Source of the DNA: an uncultured Verrucomicrobiae bacterium
Lineage (GTDB): Bacteria; Verrucomicrobiota; Verrucomicrobiia; Limisphaerales; Palsa-1400
Assembly (NCBI GenBank): GCA_963764165.1
Contig: CAVXRD010000004.1
Span: 128,001 to 192,000, forward strand
DNA length: 64,000 bases
Direction of reading: 5' to 3'
In this document: positions 40,313-49,677 of the stretch, piece after piece
Numbering within the stretch: position 1 is the first letter of the stretch
How the letters are laid out: each line of letters starts with the position of its first letter
Notes under the pieces: generated by a model
Databases searched by the model: none
What the model was told of the DNA's origin: nothing
The model's input: the letters and a program-made list of their open reading frames with translations, nothing else
Made by a program: the position numbers and the translations under genes

Positions 40313-42211
40313 TCAATTCCCCAGAATCCGATCCGCGAAAACAACCGCCACACCCATCAAGGCCGCGCCTGCGATCAATCCGGATGCAACCGGGAAGGTG
40401 AATTCCTCGGAACTCTTCGGCGCGGCTTTGGTGTAAATCCAGCTAATCACCGCGCCCACAAAAAAGAGGAAGCTGTAGTACCACTGGAATGTCCATGCCA
40501 GCCCGAGCGCGCCGGCCGAGGGGATGTATTTCTCGTGCTTCGGAAAGATGAATCCGAGCACCGGCAGGATGATTCCCACGATCCCGCCAATCACCATGGA
40601 TTTGACCTTGATTGGCTCCATCGTTTCGAAACCCTTGCTCAACGCCTCCGCGATGGCTTTCCAGGCCTGGGCGGCGGGCGCGCCAAATTTCGCCCCGCCC
40701 AGCGCTTCGGCGTGCGGGCCGATAATGACCCGGTAGGCCAGCACCGTTGTCAGGGTGCCAATGAAGATGCCAAAAAATTGCGCCAAAAACTGCTTGCGCG
40801 GATTGGCTCCCAGCAAATAGCCGCTCTTCAAATCGGTCAGCAAATCCGCAGATGATGCCGCCGAGGCAGCGGTGATGTTGGCGGCCATCAAATTGACGTT
40901 CATGTTGCGGGGGCTTAGCCAGCCGAAGGTCAATTGGGTCACTTTTCCCATCGCGCCCATGGGCGTGGTGTCGGTTTCGCCGGTCACGCGGCACGCCACC
41001 AGCGCGAGGAAAAAGCTCAAGACCACGGCCACCGTTGTTTGCCAAAGAGGCATTTTCAGCGTGTAATGCGCCAGAACCGACAGCCCCGCCCACCCGAAAA
41101 TTTGGCCCGCAAAGAACCACGACATCGGCGGTTCGATGGCCTCCATTTCGTCCTTGGGCGCGGTTCGGTGAAACATCGAACCCAGCCCTTGCATGGCGCG
41201 GGCAATCGACCGCCATTGGGCCAAAAAGGAAACCAGGCTGGAAGTCAGCATGCAGGCCACCCCGCCCCAAACGGTCCACCCAATCAATGTGGGATAACTG
41301 GCCGCGCCGGTGATAAGCCCCTGCTGCTGCAAATTTGGAACGAACACCGCCCAGCAAAGCGTTCCGCCGATAATCATGCTAATGCCAACCCTCATCCCGC
41401 TGATTGCGCCGGCGGCGATGAAAACCGGATCCCATTGAAGCTGAACCGTGCGCGACAGCCATTCCTTTCCCAGCAAATGCTCGTTCGCTTTGCCGACAAT
41501 GGCATCAAGGGAATAAGGCTCCAGCTTAGCGCTAATCAAATGCACGCCTTCGCTCCAAAAATCGCTGATGGCGGCCAGGACGCCCGCGATGCCGAGCGCC
41601 CTTGCCGCCCGCCTGCCCTTTTCGCCATGGCTGTGGAGCGCGCGCAGCGTCTCCGCCGCGGCGATGCCGCTGGGAAAGCGCAATTGCTCGACGTTGATCA
41701 TCTGCCGTTTCATCGGGATTGCCATCGTCACACCGAGCACCGCCAGCAGAAAGACCCATCCGAGCATCAACGGCAGCGGAACGATCTCGTTATGATTAAT
41801 CATGATGTAGGCCGAGAAAGCGGAAACGAGCGTTCCGCCCGTTGAATAGCCCGCCGAGCTGGCGGTCGATTGCATGCAATTGTTCTCGAGGATCGACATT
41901 TGCGATCCCGCCAGGCCCAATTTAAAAAAGGTCGTCCAAAGCGCGTAGGACATGATGCAGGCCGTGATCGCCACGCCCAGGAGCCAGCCGGATTTCAGGC
42001 CGACGTAGACGTTGGTGGTGGAAAGCGCGCCGCCGAGAATCAATCCCATCACGACCGCGCGGACGGTCAGTTGGGGGGTATTGGCGCCGCGCGGTTTGTA
42101 AACTTTCTCGAACCATTGGCGTTCGATTTCCTCGGGAGTTCCCTTGAACCCCTCGATGGGCAACTCGTAATCGTCCTCAGGATTCGCGGCTGGGGGCGGC
42201 GTTTGATTCAT
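40313..42211 (-). CDS. OPT family oligopeptide transporter
   Basis: QLTVRAV, YVGLKSG, LENNCMQSTASSAG, LRFPSG, DLKSGYLLGANPRKQF. Confidence 0.92.
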   Translation of the reverse strand: MNQTPPPAANPEDDYELPIEGFKGTPEEIERQWFEKVYKPRGANTPQLTVRAVVMGLILGGALSTTNVYVGLKSGWLLGVAITACIMSYALWTTFFKLGLAGSQMSILENNCMQSTASSAGYSTGGTLVSAFSAYIMINHNEIVPLPLMLGWVFLLAVLGVTMAIPMKRQMINVEQLRFPSGIAAAETLRALHSHGEKGRRAARALGIAGVLAAISDFWSEGVHLISAKLEPYSLDAIVGKANEHLLGKEWLSRTVQLQWDPVFIAAGAISGMRVGISMIIGGTLCWAVFVPNLQQQGLITGAASYPTLIGWTVWGGVACMLTSSLVSFLAQWRSIARAMQGLGSMFHRTAPKDEMEAIEPPMSWFFAGQIFGWAGLSVLAHYTLKMPLWQTTVAVVLSFFLALVACRVTGETDTTPMGAMGKVTQLTFGWLSPRNMNVNLMAANITAASAASSADLLTDLKSGYLLGANPRKQFLAQFFGIFIGTLTTVLAYRVIIGPHAEALGGAKFGAPAAQAWKAIAEALSKGFETMEPIKVKSMVIGGIVGIILPVLGFIFPKHEKYIPSAGALGLAWTFQWYYSFLFFVGAVISWIYTKAAPKSSEEFTFPVASGLIAGAALMGVAVVFADRILGN

Positions 42212-42391
42212 CCAACCGACGCTGTCCGACGGTCAGGTGAAGTTCAAGGAGAAAATCTGAGCTAGCGAGTCGAATTCCTCACTTTTCTCCTGAGGGATGG
42301 ACGTGCGCGTTTGTAGTATCAATCATCGGCCTGACCCCTTCGTTAACTTTGTTCCCTTCTGTTCAAACACCTTTTTTTTCGGGTTTGAGAG

Positions 42392-42781
42392 TTACGCGAC
42401 GGGTTGAACCAGATTAATCAGGTTGCCACACGTGTCCTCAAACAATACCGCAGTGATCGGCCCCATATTCTTCGGCTCACCACGAAACTGGACGCCGCGC
42501 TCTTTAAGCCGTTGAAATTCTGAATGGACATCGCTTGTTATGAATGCGGTTAAAGGAATCCCGGCGTCGTACAACGCCTTCTGGTAAACCTGCGCTGGCG
42601 GGAAAGCCATCGGGTCCAAAACAAGTTCGACCCCATCGATTCCCTCGGGCGACGACACAGTCAACCATCGAAATGTCCCCATTCGGACGTCATTCTGTTT
42701 CACAAAGCCCAGCTTCGTTGTGTAAAACTCGAGGGCGCTGTCCTGGTTTTTCACCATAATGCTCGCTATCTTAATTTTCAT
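42392..42781 (-). CDS. VOC/glyoxalase family protein
   Basis: ALEFYTTKLGF, RWLTV, FEDTCGNLI. Confidence 0.9.
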   Translation of the reverse strand: MKIKIASIMVKNQDSALEFYTTKLGFVKQNDVRMGTFRWLTVSSPEGIDGVELVLDPMAFPPAQVYQKALYDAGIPLTAFITSDVHSEFQRLKERGVQFRGEPKNMGPITAVLFEDTCGNLINLVQPVA

Positions 42782-42898
42782 AATATTTTCTAAGCTTCAT
42801 TTCTATGACGAACGAATCAAGGCTTTTTGGAAATTTAACCGTGTTATTGTTGAATTCACTTAATTTGAACCTTTTTCGAGACCGTGGCACAAAAGGGA

Positions 42899-43471
42899 AT
42901 GGATCATGATGAGAGCGTCGCCGCGGCTTTGAAACGCCGCGATCCCGCGTCCATCGAAATGGTGATTGAGACGCTCGGGACGCGGCTGCTGCGTTCCGCC
43001 ACCCTGCTCTGCGGCAATGAGACCCTCGCCCAAGATTTGGTGCAGGATGCTTTTGTCGAGGCGTGTCGATCCATCCACCGTTTTCGCGGGCAGTCGAGCC
43101 TTTACACTTGGCTGCATGCCATACTTCTGAATCTGACGCGCCGCCACTTTCGGGACAACAAACGGCTCGTCTCCGAGAACGAGGTGGCGCTTTCCGAACT
43201 ACCCGCTGCGGAAATTGAGTCGAGCGCACTGGATTTGGAGTTTGCTTCAACGGAATTGGCTCGGGCGCTGGGCAGGCTATCGAGCGCGCATCGGGAGGTG
43301 ATGGTCTTGCGCTTCTACGAGCAGATGAAGATCGCCGATATGGCACGGCATCTGGGGTTGTCCACCGGCACCGTCAAATCTCGTCTGCATTACGCCATCC
43401 AGGAGTTGCGGAAAAATCTGCCGGTGGAATTGAACCTTTTCGGCGCGGGCGGCACAAAGGAAAAGAAATGA
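42899..43471 (+). CDS. ECF RNA polymerase sigma factor
   Basis: AQDLVQDAF, LYTWL, LGLSTGTVKSRLHYA. Confidence 0.9.
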   Translation: MDHDESVAAALKRRDPASIEMVIETLGTRLLRSATLLCGNETLAQDLVQDAFVEACRSIHRFRGQSSLYTWLHAILLNLTRRHFRDNKRLVSENEVALSELPAAEIESSALDLEFASTELARALGRLSSAHREVMVLRFYEQMKIADMARHLGLSTGTVKSRLHYAIQELRKNLPVELNLFGAGGTKEKK

Positions 43472-43992
43472 ATTGCGGGCAAATACAGAATCTTCTCTGC
43501 GGACTCACGGACGGTTCGCTACCGCCGCGAACGGCTGCCGCCGCCGAGGAGCATCTCAACGCCTGCCCCGCTTGCCGCCATGCGCGGGAACGCGAACGCG
43601 CGGTTTCCAAGGCTCTTTCCACGCAATTTGAAAACGCCGCGAATTCCGTGTCCTTTGACGAAGCGGCTCGCCGCAAGATGGCCGCGGGGGTTCAACGGCG
43701 CATCGCGAACCCGGGCACCGCGCCGGCAATGCCGTGGTGGAGACGCGTCGCCCTGCCCTTTGGGCTCGGCGTCGCGGGAATTGCGCTGGGCGCATTGCTG
43801 ATGCAGCAATCCGTCTCAACAGGAACTCGCAGGCAGCCGGAGCCGTCCGCCCGCAACGCCACGGGCGCAATTCACATGGAGATTTCCTACTCTCAGCCCG
43901 TTTACACATTCCGGAGGCAGAGCAACACTATTATTGACTCAATCGCTGAGAGTTCGCTGACCGCCGAAGAAACATTCCAGCAGGAGCGATAA
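43468..43992 (+). CDS. Zinc-binding (zf-HC2) anti-sigma factor
   Basis: MNC...EHLNACPAC followed by a TM helix. Confidence 0.82.
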   Translation: MNCGQIQNLLCGLTDGSLPPRTAAAAEEHLNACPACRHARERERAVSKALSTQFENAANSVSFDEAARRKMAAGVQRRIANPGTAPAMPWWRRVALPFGLGVAGIALGALLMQQSVSTGTRRQPEPSARNATGAIHMEISYSQPVYTFRRQSNTIIDSIAESSLTAEETFQQER

Positions 43993-44015
43993 ACGATTCA
44001 AAAATTCAAACCACT

Positions 44016-44924
44016 ATGAATATATTCCGCACCAAATGCATTATCCTGTGCGCTCTTGTATCGTGCGCGACGTCAGCACTCGCAGGCGACACTCCTAGTC
44101 CAAAACCGGACGGAGATTTCCCGTATGTCATCATGTTCGAGACGGGGAGCGTCGACTTCGCACAGGGAGACGCCATAACGATCTCGGAGCTGCGCGGCTC
44201 CACTAACCGCATTGTGCAAGGCGGCACGTATTGCATTACCGGCGCCTACACACTCGATTCGCAAGATGCGGCAGACCTGTGCTTTTATGCCACTACAACA
44301 AACAAGACGGCCTCGAAGGTGGCTTCGGAGCAGAGTGTGCGAGTGTCGAAAGGCTCTGGATCGTTCCGCCTTGTTAAACGCATGGACGACCCGGGCTATT
44401 TGCATTTGTCGTTTTATGCGCATGGACACAATGTCGGCGGAGTTTATTTCGGCCAGGAACCGTGGGTAATGCGCCGCAAACCAGCTCCTCACTCCAATTC
44501 TGCGGGCGGCGCGCAAAAATATATCCCCAAAGGTCCAAACGATGCGCTTATCCATTATCTCGGCGACCCCGTTCCGCCGCCCGCCGAGTTGGATGCAGCG
44601 TATTCCAAGGACGGATTGGCGCGCGCCATCGACACTGCCGCAGCCAATGCGAACATTAAAATCGCGAAAGTGGAAATCGACGATTCGGAATTCCCTTTCC
44701 TGGTGGCGCTGGATTTCGCCAACAACGGCGACAAGGAAAAGCTAAAGGCGCAAATCGCCAAGATGCCGACCTACGCCGTAACAGGAGGAGTCGGCGGCGA
44801 CACAACCTACGCCACGAGCATCACTCCGACGAGCGTCTTTCCACCCAACTCATACCAAACAATCTACCACCGCCTACTGCTCCGCGAATCGGTGCTCTTC
44901 GAAAGATTCACCGCCACGCAATAA
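44016..44924 (+). CDS. Secreted hypothetical protein, likely target of the ECF pair
   Basis: Signal peptide ending ALA; co-oriented after sigma and anti-sigma. Confidence 0.7.
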   Translation: MNIFRTKCIILCALVSCATSALAGDTPSPKPDGDFPYVIMFETGSVDFAQGDAITISELRGSTNRIVQGGTYCITGAYTLDSQDAADLCFYATTTNKTASKVASEQSVRVSKGSGSFRLVKRMDDPGYLHLSFYAHGHNVGGVYFGQEPWVMRRKPAPHSNSAGGAQKYIPKGPNDALIHYLGDPVPPPAELDAAYSKDGLARAIDTAAANANIKIAKVEIDDSEFPFLVALDFANNGDKEKLKAQIAKMPTYAVTGGVGGDTTYATSITPTSVFPPNSYQTIYHRLLLRESVLFERFTATQ

Positions 44925-44968
44925 TTTCGCCATGCACTTTTGCGCTCGCTCGATTCGTTGCAGGCACT

Positions 44969-45877
44969 TCACGCCAGGCCGCGCTGCTCCAGGGATTGAA
45001 GCCATTCCAAATATTGATCAGTTGGAGGCGTTGCTAAGTCCATATGAAGTTTTGTAGCCAGAATATCCGTTCTACGCCCAAGGTCTTTCGGCGTTAGCTT
45101 TTCGAGCCTGTTTACTGCCAACCAATAATCCCCCTCGTCCAACTTGAATGGTTTCCATGAACATGGTTTTCCAGTCGCGCCAATGAATTGACCTCGCTGC
45201 AACACAGCAGCAACTATTCGGAGTGGAGGGATAAGTCCGCAGGATGGGATAATTCCTGAATCCAGAAGCAGATTGGCCAATGTTCGGCGCACGTAACCTT
45301 GTTTCCCAGAGTTATCGAGCGTGTATCCAAATCTCTTGCGTCGCCGCAACTCTTGTCGCTTCGCGCACGAACCGTCAGAATCCTCATAGCCATATTTTGC
45401 CGTGAGTTTCGGAAAGCGCTTGGACATCGCCCATTCCTTGAATGCCACTCCTTTGACTCTCTTTGGGTGGTGTTTGTCGCTTGGCATCTCGTGACCTGTT
45501 TTCTGCTCGTAAACGTGAATGGCCGGGTATTGATAGCCCTCGTACTGAGCGGAGTCCGGGTCAATGTTTAGGTCCGCTAGGGATTCCGAATCCGCCATCG
45601 CCTTCTCGAATACAATTCTTCCCATCGAGATCAGAGTGCCGCGGAAATCCATGAAACCATCGTCTGAGCAGCCGCCACAAATAATATATGCTGCGCCCCA
45701 CAGGTCGCTGGTATAAGCCTGATAAAGAAGGGTCGTAAAATGTTGGTCGAACGACTGGACTCCGTCGGCAGCCAGCTTGCGCAACTCGTCCTCAAGCAAT
45801 TCGCATTTTCTGTCCATGTTGCCCCCAGAAGCGCTGTGGACGCGGTGCACGATCGCCCAAAAGTCACCAATGGTCAT
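44969..45877 (-). CDS. DUF4240 domain protein with C-terminal extension
   Basis: FWAIV, LWGAAYIICGGCSDDGFMDFRGTLISMGR. Confidence 0.78.
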   Translation of the reverse strand: MTIGDFWAIVHRVHSASGGNMDRKCELLEDELRKLAADGVQSFDQHFTTLLYQAYTSDLWGAAYIICGGCSDDGFMDFRGTLISMGRIVFEKAMADSESLADLNIDPDSAQYEGYQYPAIHVYEQKTGHEMPSDKHHPKRVKGVAFKEWAMSKRFPKLTAKYGYEDSDGSCAKRQELRRRKRFGYTLDNSGKQGYVRRTLANLLLDSGIIPSCGLIPPLRIVAAVLQRGQFIGATGKPCSWKPFKLDEGDYWLAVNRLEKLTPKDLGRRTDILATKLHMDLATPPTDQYLEWLQSLEQRGLA

Positions 45878-45975
45878 GGGAAAAGTCTACAAAACCATTG
45901 GATGGCTGACGATACAAAATCTTATGGGGCGTGGATGGCCACCTTCCGCGCAATGGCAAACAATGATTATCCCCT

Positions 45976-46043
45976 GTGCCGCTCCTGGCGGAGCTTGATA
46001 TCCATTTTGGTCGATTCTACAAAGGTGCCGCGCCGACGGCGCT
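45976..46043. repeat. Tandem REP-like doublet (TGCCGCTCCT..CGGAGCT...TTCTACAAA..TGCCGCGCC.ACGGCGCT)
   Basis: Two related short hairpins separated by about 30 bp. Confidence 0.6.
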
Positions 46044-46064
46044 TCGGCGGATGCGACGGACGAC

Positions 46065-48467
46065 TCAGCGCTTTCGAGCACTGGCAGAAATTTCAATGGT
46101 TTTGGGTCGATATTCTCGAATCACCTCAAATTTCAGACCTTGGTCGGCTGGAGCATTCTCAATCGCGGCCATAAATTGCGAGAGGTTTTTCACAGTTTGC
46201 CCGTTTACCTGCTGGATGAAATCTGCGGTTTGAAGACCGGCGGACCTAGTAGCATCCGAATGAAGGGCGTGCGCGACCAGAACGCCGCGCGCGCCGGCCG
46301 GCAGTCCAAGGGCGGAATATTCCTCGCCGGTGAGTTCCCGCATCGTGGCTCCCAGCCAAGTGATCTGCTCGCCGGTGGCAGATAATTCGCTCTGGGTGGG
46401 CGGGGTGATTTCCGGCTTGCGGGCAATGGCTTTCAGGCGCGGGGATTGCACGCCAAATTGGTCCATCGGAAAATTCACGAAGCCGAGTTTCAACGCTGGA
46501 GATGTTGCTTTGACTCGAAAATCTCCTGCGGCGGGATTCACGAATTGGGCGTCTCCAACCAATGAATCGGCGTCACATCCGTTGGCCGTGAATTTCTGGC
46601 GGTCTGCTTGCGAGGTCGTAAACAAATTTGAATCCACTTCGGCGCCCCATTTGGAGGTTTCCATTATCGCGGGCCGGTATTCACCCATGACGATGTTCCG
46701 CGCAAATAAGTCGCCACTCTGCTCGAACCACACATGCGGATGGAGGCTGTTGTTGACAATGATATTGTTGGTGGCGACGCGCTGGTAGCCTTCGCGCAAT
46801 TTAAGGCCGCCGTGCAACAGGAGGTTGTTGTAAATCCGGTAATTTGATGAGCCGTCGTCGAGATCAATGTCCCAGCCGTGGTCACAGCGCCAGCGGTTGT
46901 TGCGCAAAGTGTTCGGCGCAATCACGTCCAGGAACGGCAGGCGCGGGTCGGCAGCGACCTGTTTTTCCACAACCGCGCGCTCCGGATCCCAATAGCGGTC
47001 GCGGCCCCACGAATTAAAGCTGCCGTGATCACCGGTTTCCATCACCGTGTCGAAAATATCGCAAAACTCAATGATGTCGCCGCCCCAGCAGCCGTCGCCG
47101 ATGTTGATTCCGGCCCGCGGCACGTCGTAAATCGAACAGTGGCGGATGGTGATGTTTTCCGCCAGGTCAATTTCCACCGGCGCAGTCTGTTTCTCGAAAC
47201 GGCCGCTGTGCGTGATCAGGCAATCCTCGACCAAACAGTCCGCGGGATAATTCTCGGTCAGCGGGCCTGGCGTGCGGTCCAGCTTTTCGAAGTCAGATTT
47301 CTTGCTGTAGTTAAACAACGCATTGCGCACGGCCTTTGGATCGCCAACGAAGGCAACCCCGTTTGCGCCGCTGTCCTTGATCAAACAACCGCGCACAACA
47401 ACACGGCGGTTGAAATTGTTGACGAAAATGGCGTTGCCGCCGAGTTGGTCAAAATCGCAGTTCTCAATGCCGACGTCTTCCGCGCCACTAAACAAAACCG
47501 CGCCGCCGCGATAAACCGTCCAATCCGAGCGCAGGATTGGCTCGCGATTTTCCATGAAAGTCCGTGTTGCGTGGCGGAAGGTCAAGCCGCGCAAGGTGAT
47601 GAAGCTCACGGGCTTTTCTGTTGAGCCGACGAATTCCACTAATTGGGCCAATTGGACGGATTCGACAACTGCGGTTTTCAAATCCAGCCCCGGTGGCGGC
47701 ATGAAATAAAGCATCGAATTGCTTGCATCGTGAAACCACTCGCCGGGAGCATCGAGTTCCTCAAATATATTTTCCACGAAACGATATTCGGGGTGCATGG
47801 CGCTGGGCCGATTGTTCTGCCAGCCGCCTTCATAGCGAAGTGAGCCGTCGGGATTTTTGCCAAGGATTCGGTAGTGCATGTCGCCCCAAAGCGCGTTGTG
47901 CATGGCGTGAATGAAGCCGCCGGCGGGATTGGCCCAGTGAGCGGCGCGTTCGCGCGAAATCGCGTCCGCCGCCGAGCCGTCGAACTGTCCAGCCTTTGGA
48001 TTGTAATTTGGATATCGCGCCATGTGCTGGCGCTCGCCGTTGACGAACAATTGGTCCCACACAAGTCCCGGCGGCGTTTTCGCCTGAAAAATCCCATCAC
48101 GATAAGGCGTCCACTCGAGCTTGAGCCGCGCGCCTCCGCTGATGACCGGATGCGCACCCACAGATGCGGAATAAATAACGGGGAATTTCTGTGTGCCGGA
48201 ATCGGCGTCCGTAAATTTGAGCGTGGCTGGCAAGTAATAAGTCCCGTCGTCCAACAGAACGGTTACAGGTTCTTTGCCAGCAAACGATCGCGTCAATTTT
48301 TGCGCCGCCGCGAGCGATGCCACTGGCAGCCGCGCCGTCCCTGGGCTGCCATCGTTGCCGGATGGCAAGACATGAATTTCAGCGGCGGACAACGCTGTGG
48401 ATGACGCATTGGCCAGAAAAATAACCGCTGCAACGAAGCCGCCTGCTCTTTGTCTCAGAAACATCAT
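46065..48467 (-). CDS. Secreted parallel beta-helix protein with C-terminal PDZ domain (putative glycan-active)
   Basis: Signal peptide; ARYPN, EELDAPGEWF, DIDLDDGSSN; C-terminal WLGA...GVLV...GLQTADFI. Confidence 0.82.
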   Translation of the reverse strand: MMFLRQRAGGFVAAVIFLANASSTALSAAEIHVLPSGNDGSPGTARLPVASLAAAQKLTRSFAGKEPVTVLLDDGTYYLPATLKFTDADSGTQKFPVIYSASVGAHPVISGGARLKLEWTPYRDGIFQAKTPPGLVWDQLFVNGERQHMARYPNYNPKAGQFDGSAADAISRERAAHWANPAGGFIHAMHNALWGDMHYRILGKNPDGSLRYEGGWQNNRPSAMHPEYRFVENIFEELDAPGEWFHDASNSMLYFMPPPGLDLKTAVVESVQLAQLVEFVGSTEKPVSFITLRGLTFRHATRTFMENREPILRSDWTVYRGGAVLFSGAEDVGIENCDFDQLGGNAIFVNNFNRRVVVRGCLIKDSGANGVAFVGDPKAVRNALFNYSKKSDFEKLDRTPGPLTENYPADCLVEDCLITHSGRFEKQTAPVEIDLAENITIRHCSIYDVPRAGINIGDGCWGGDIIEFCDIFDTVMETGDHGSFNSWGRDRYWDPERAVVEKQVAADPRLPFLDVIAPNTLRNNRWRCDHGWDIDLDDGSSNYRIYNNLLLHGGLKLREGYQRVATNNIIVNNSLHPHVWFEQSGDLFARNIVMGEYRPAIMETSKWGAEVDSNLFTTSQADRQKFTANGCDADSLVGDAQFVNPAAGDFRVKATSPALKLGFVNFPMDQFGVQSPRLKAIARKPEITPPTQSELSATGEQITWLGATMRELTGEEYSALGLPAGARGVLVAHALHSDATRSAGLQTADFIQQVNGQTVKNLSQFMAAIENAPADQGLKFEVIREYRPKTIEISASARKR

Positions 48468-48474
48468 GCAGCAT

Positions 48475-49605
48475 TCAACCATCCATGGCCCCAAACAATG
48501 CGCGATTTTGGCGAACGTATTCCATCGTCTTGCGATGCAGCTCGTCAAAGTCACGATCATAATCGTGAAAACGAAGGTCCCTCGACATAATCTTGCTCTC
48601 GGTCTCGTCATCCAAAGTTATTCCGTCTGCGTCTGGATCGAACGGATCGCAGCCGCCTTTTTTTCCGAACTCGCGCACGATTTCAACGCACTTCCATAAC
48701 ATTCCCGCAAAGACCGGCTCGTCAATCGCTTCCATCAGTTCCGCGCAGGGAATGACGGCCCAGGCAGCGTGAAAGTACATGTCCTCGAAACCATTCGGCC
48801 AGCAACACCCCGTAAAATAGGGCAGCGACATGACGCGCAATTCCGCCGGTGAACGGTTTCTAAACCCTTCTTGAATCGCCGCAAGCAATGCCCAGTAAGC
48901 CTTCTGCTTATTCTCCATCTTTAGGAAGTCGTCCACATCATATTGCGGCCGGTCAAACTCGGTGAGTGGCTCCAGCAGTTTAATTACCGGCATGCGAACA
49001 GGATGGCTGACTCTGTCATAAGCGAACGAAAGCGGCTTTCTGCCAGCGGTTGTTTTGCGATTCGGGTCGGCGCCGCTCTTAAGAAGCAGTTGGACGATTT
49101 CTGGCGAACTGCAGCCGGCCGCTTCATGCAGGCAGGTTCCACCATCGCTCATTGCCAACATGCGATTTGGATTAGCGCCGGACGCCAACAGCAGCTGCAC
49201 AACTTCGAAATGCCCAAACGGAATGGCCGTTTCCATTAAACCGTTCAAATCGGGTGAGACGCCGCGGTTGAGGCATTCTTTCAATTTGTCCGCCCGCCCA
49301 CTTGCGGCGCAGATAGCCGCGTCCAATTCCAGGGTCCGAACGAATGGGCTCACCGAGAACGTGAAGACGGCCCAGAGATAGGTTGGCATCTTGCCGAACA
49401 TCGATTCATGAAACTCGGGCCGCTGCCACCTCAACCGTTTGTCGCACAGTTTTTGCAGGGCTGACCGGCGGGTTGCCCACCACCAACTAGCGGCAGCTTT
49501 TATCCGCTTATTGAAATCGGAGTTTCCCACTTTTCGTTTTCCCATACGGGTGTGAGCCGATTCTGGCCAATTTGAGCGCCGGTTTTCAAGGTTGTTCCAT
49601 TCCAA
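48475..49605 (-). CDS. Ankyrin repeat protein with DUF4375-like C-terminus
   Basis: GHFEVVQLLLASGANPN, TCLHEAA...LLLKSGADPN; NGFEDMYF; true start probably downstream (about 49401). Confidence 0.72.
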   Translation of the reverse strand: MEWNNLENRRSNWPESAHTRMGKRKVGNSDFNKRIKAAASWWWATRRSALQKLCDKRLRWQRPEFHESMFGKMPTYLWAVFTFSVSPFVRTLELDAAICAASGRADKLKECLNRGVSPDLNGLMETAIPFGHFEVVQLLLASGANPNRMLAMSDGGTCLHEAAGCSSPEIVQLLLKSGADPNRKTTAGRKPLSFAYDRVSHPVRMPVIKLLEPLTEFDRPQYDVDDFLKMENKQKAYWALLAAIQEGFRNRSPAELRVMSLPYFTGCCWPNGFEDMYFHAAWAVIPCAELMEAIDEPVFAGMLWKCVEIVREFGKKGGCDPFDPDADGITLDDETESKIMSRDLRFHDYDRDFDELHRKTMEYVRQNRALFGAMDG

Positions 49606-49677
49606 TACTTCGCGGCGTGAGAATTTGACAAATTGCCACCTGAAGAACTAAAGTTTCAGCATAAAATGAGGGGCAGG

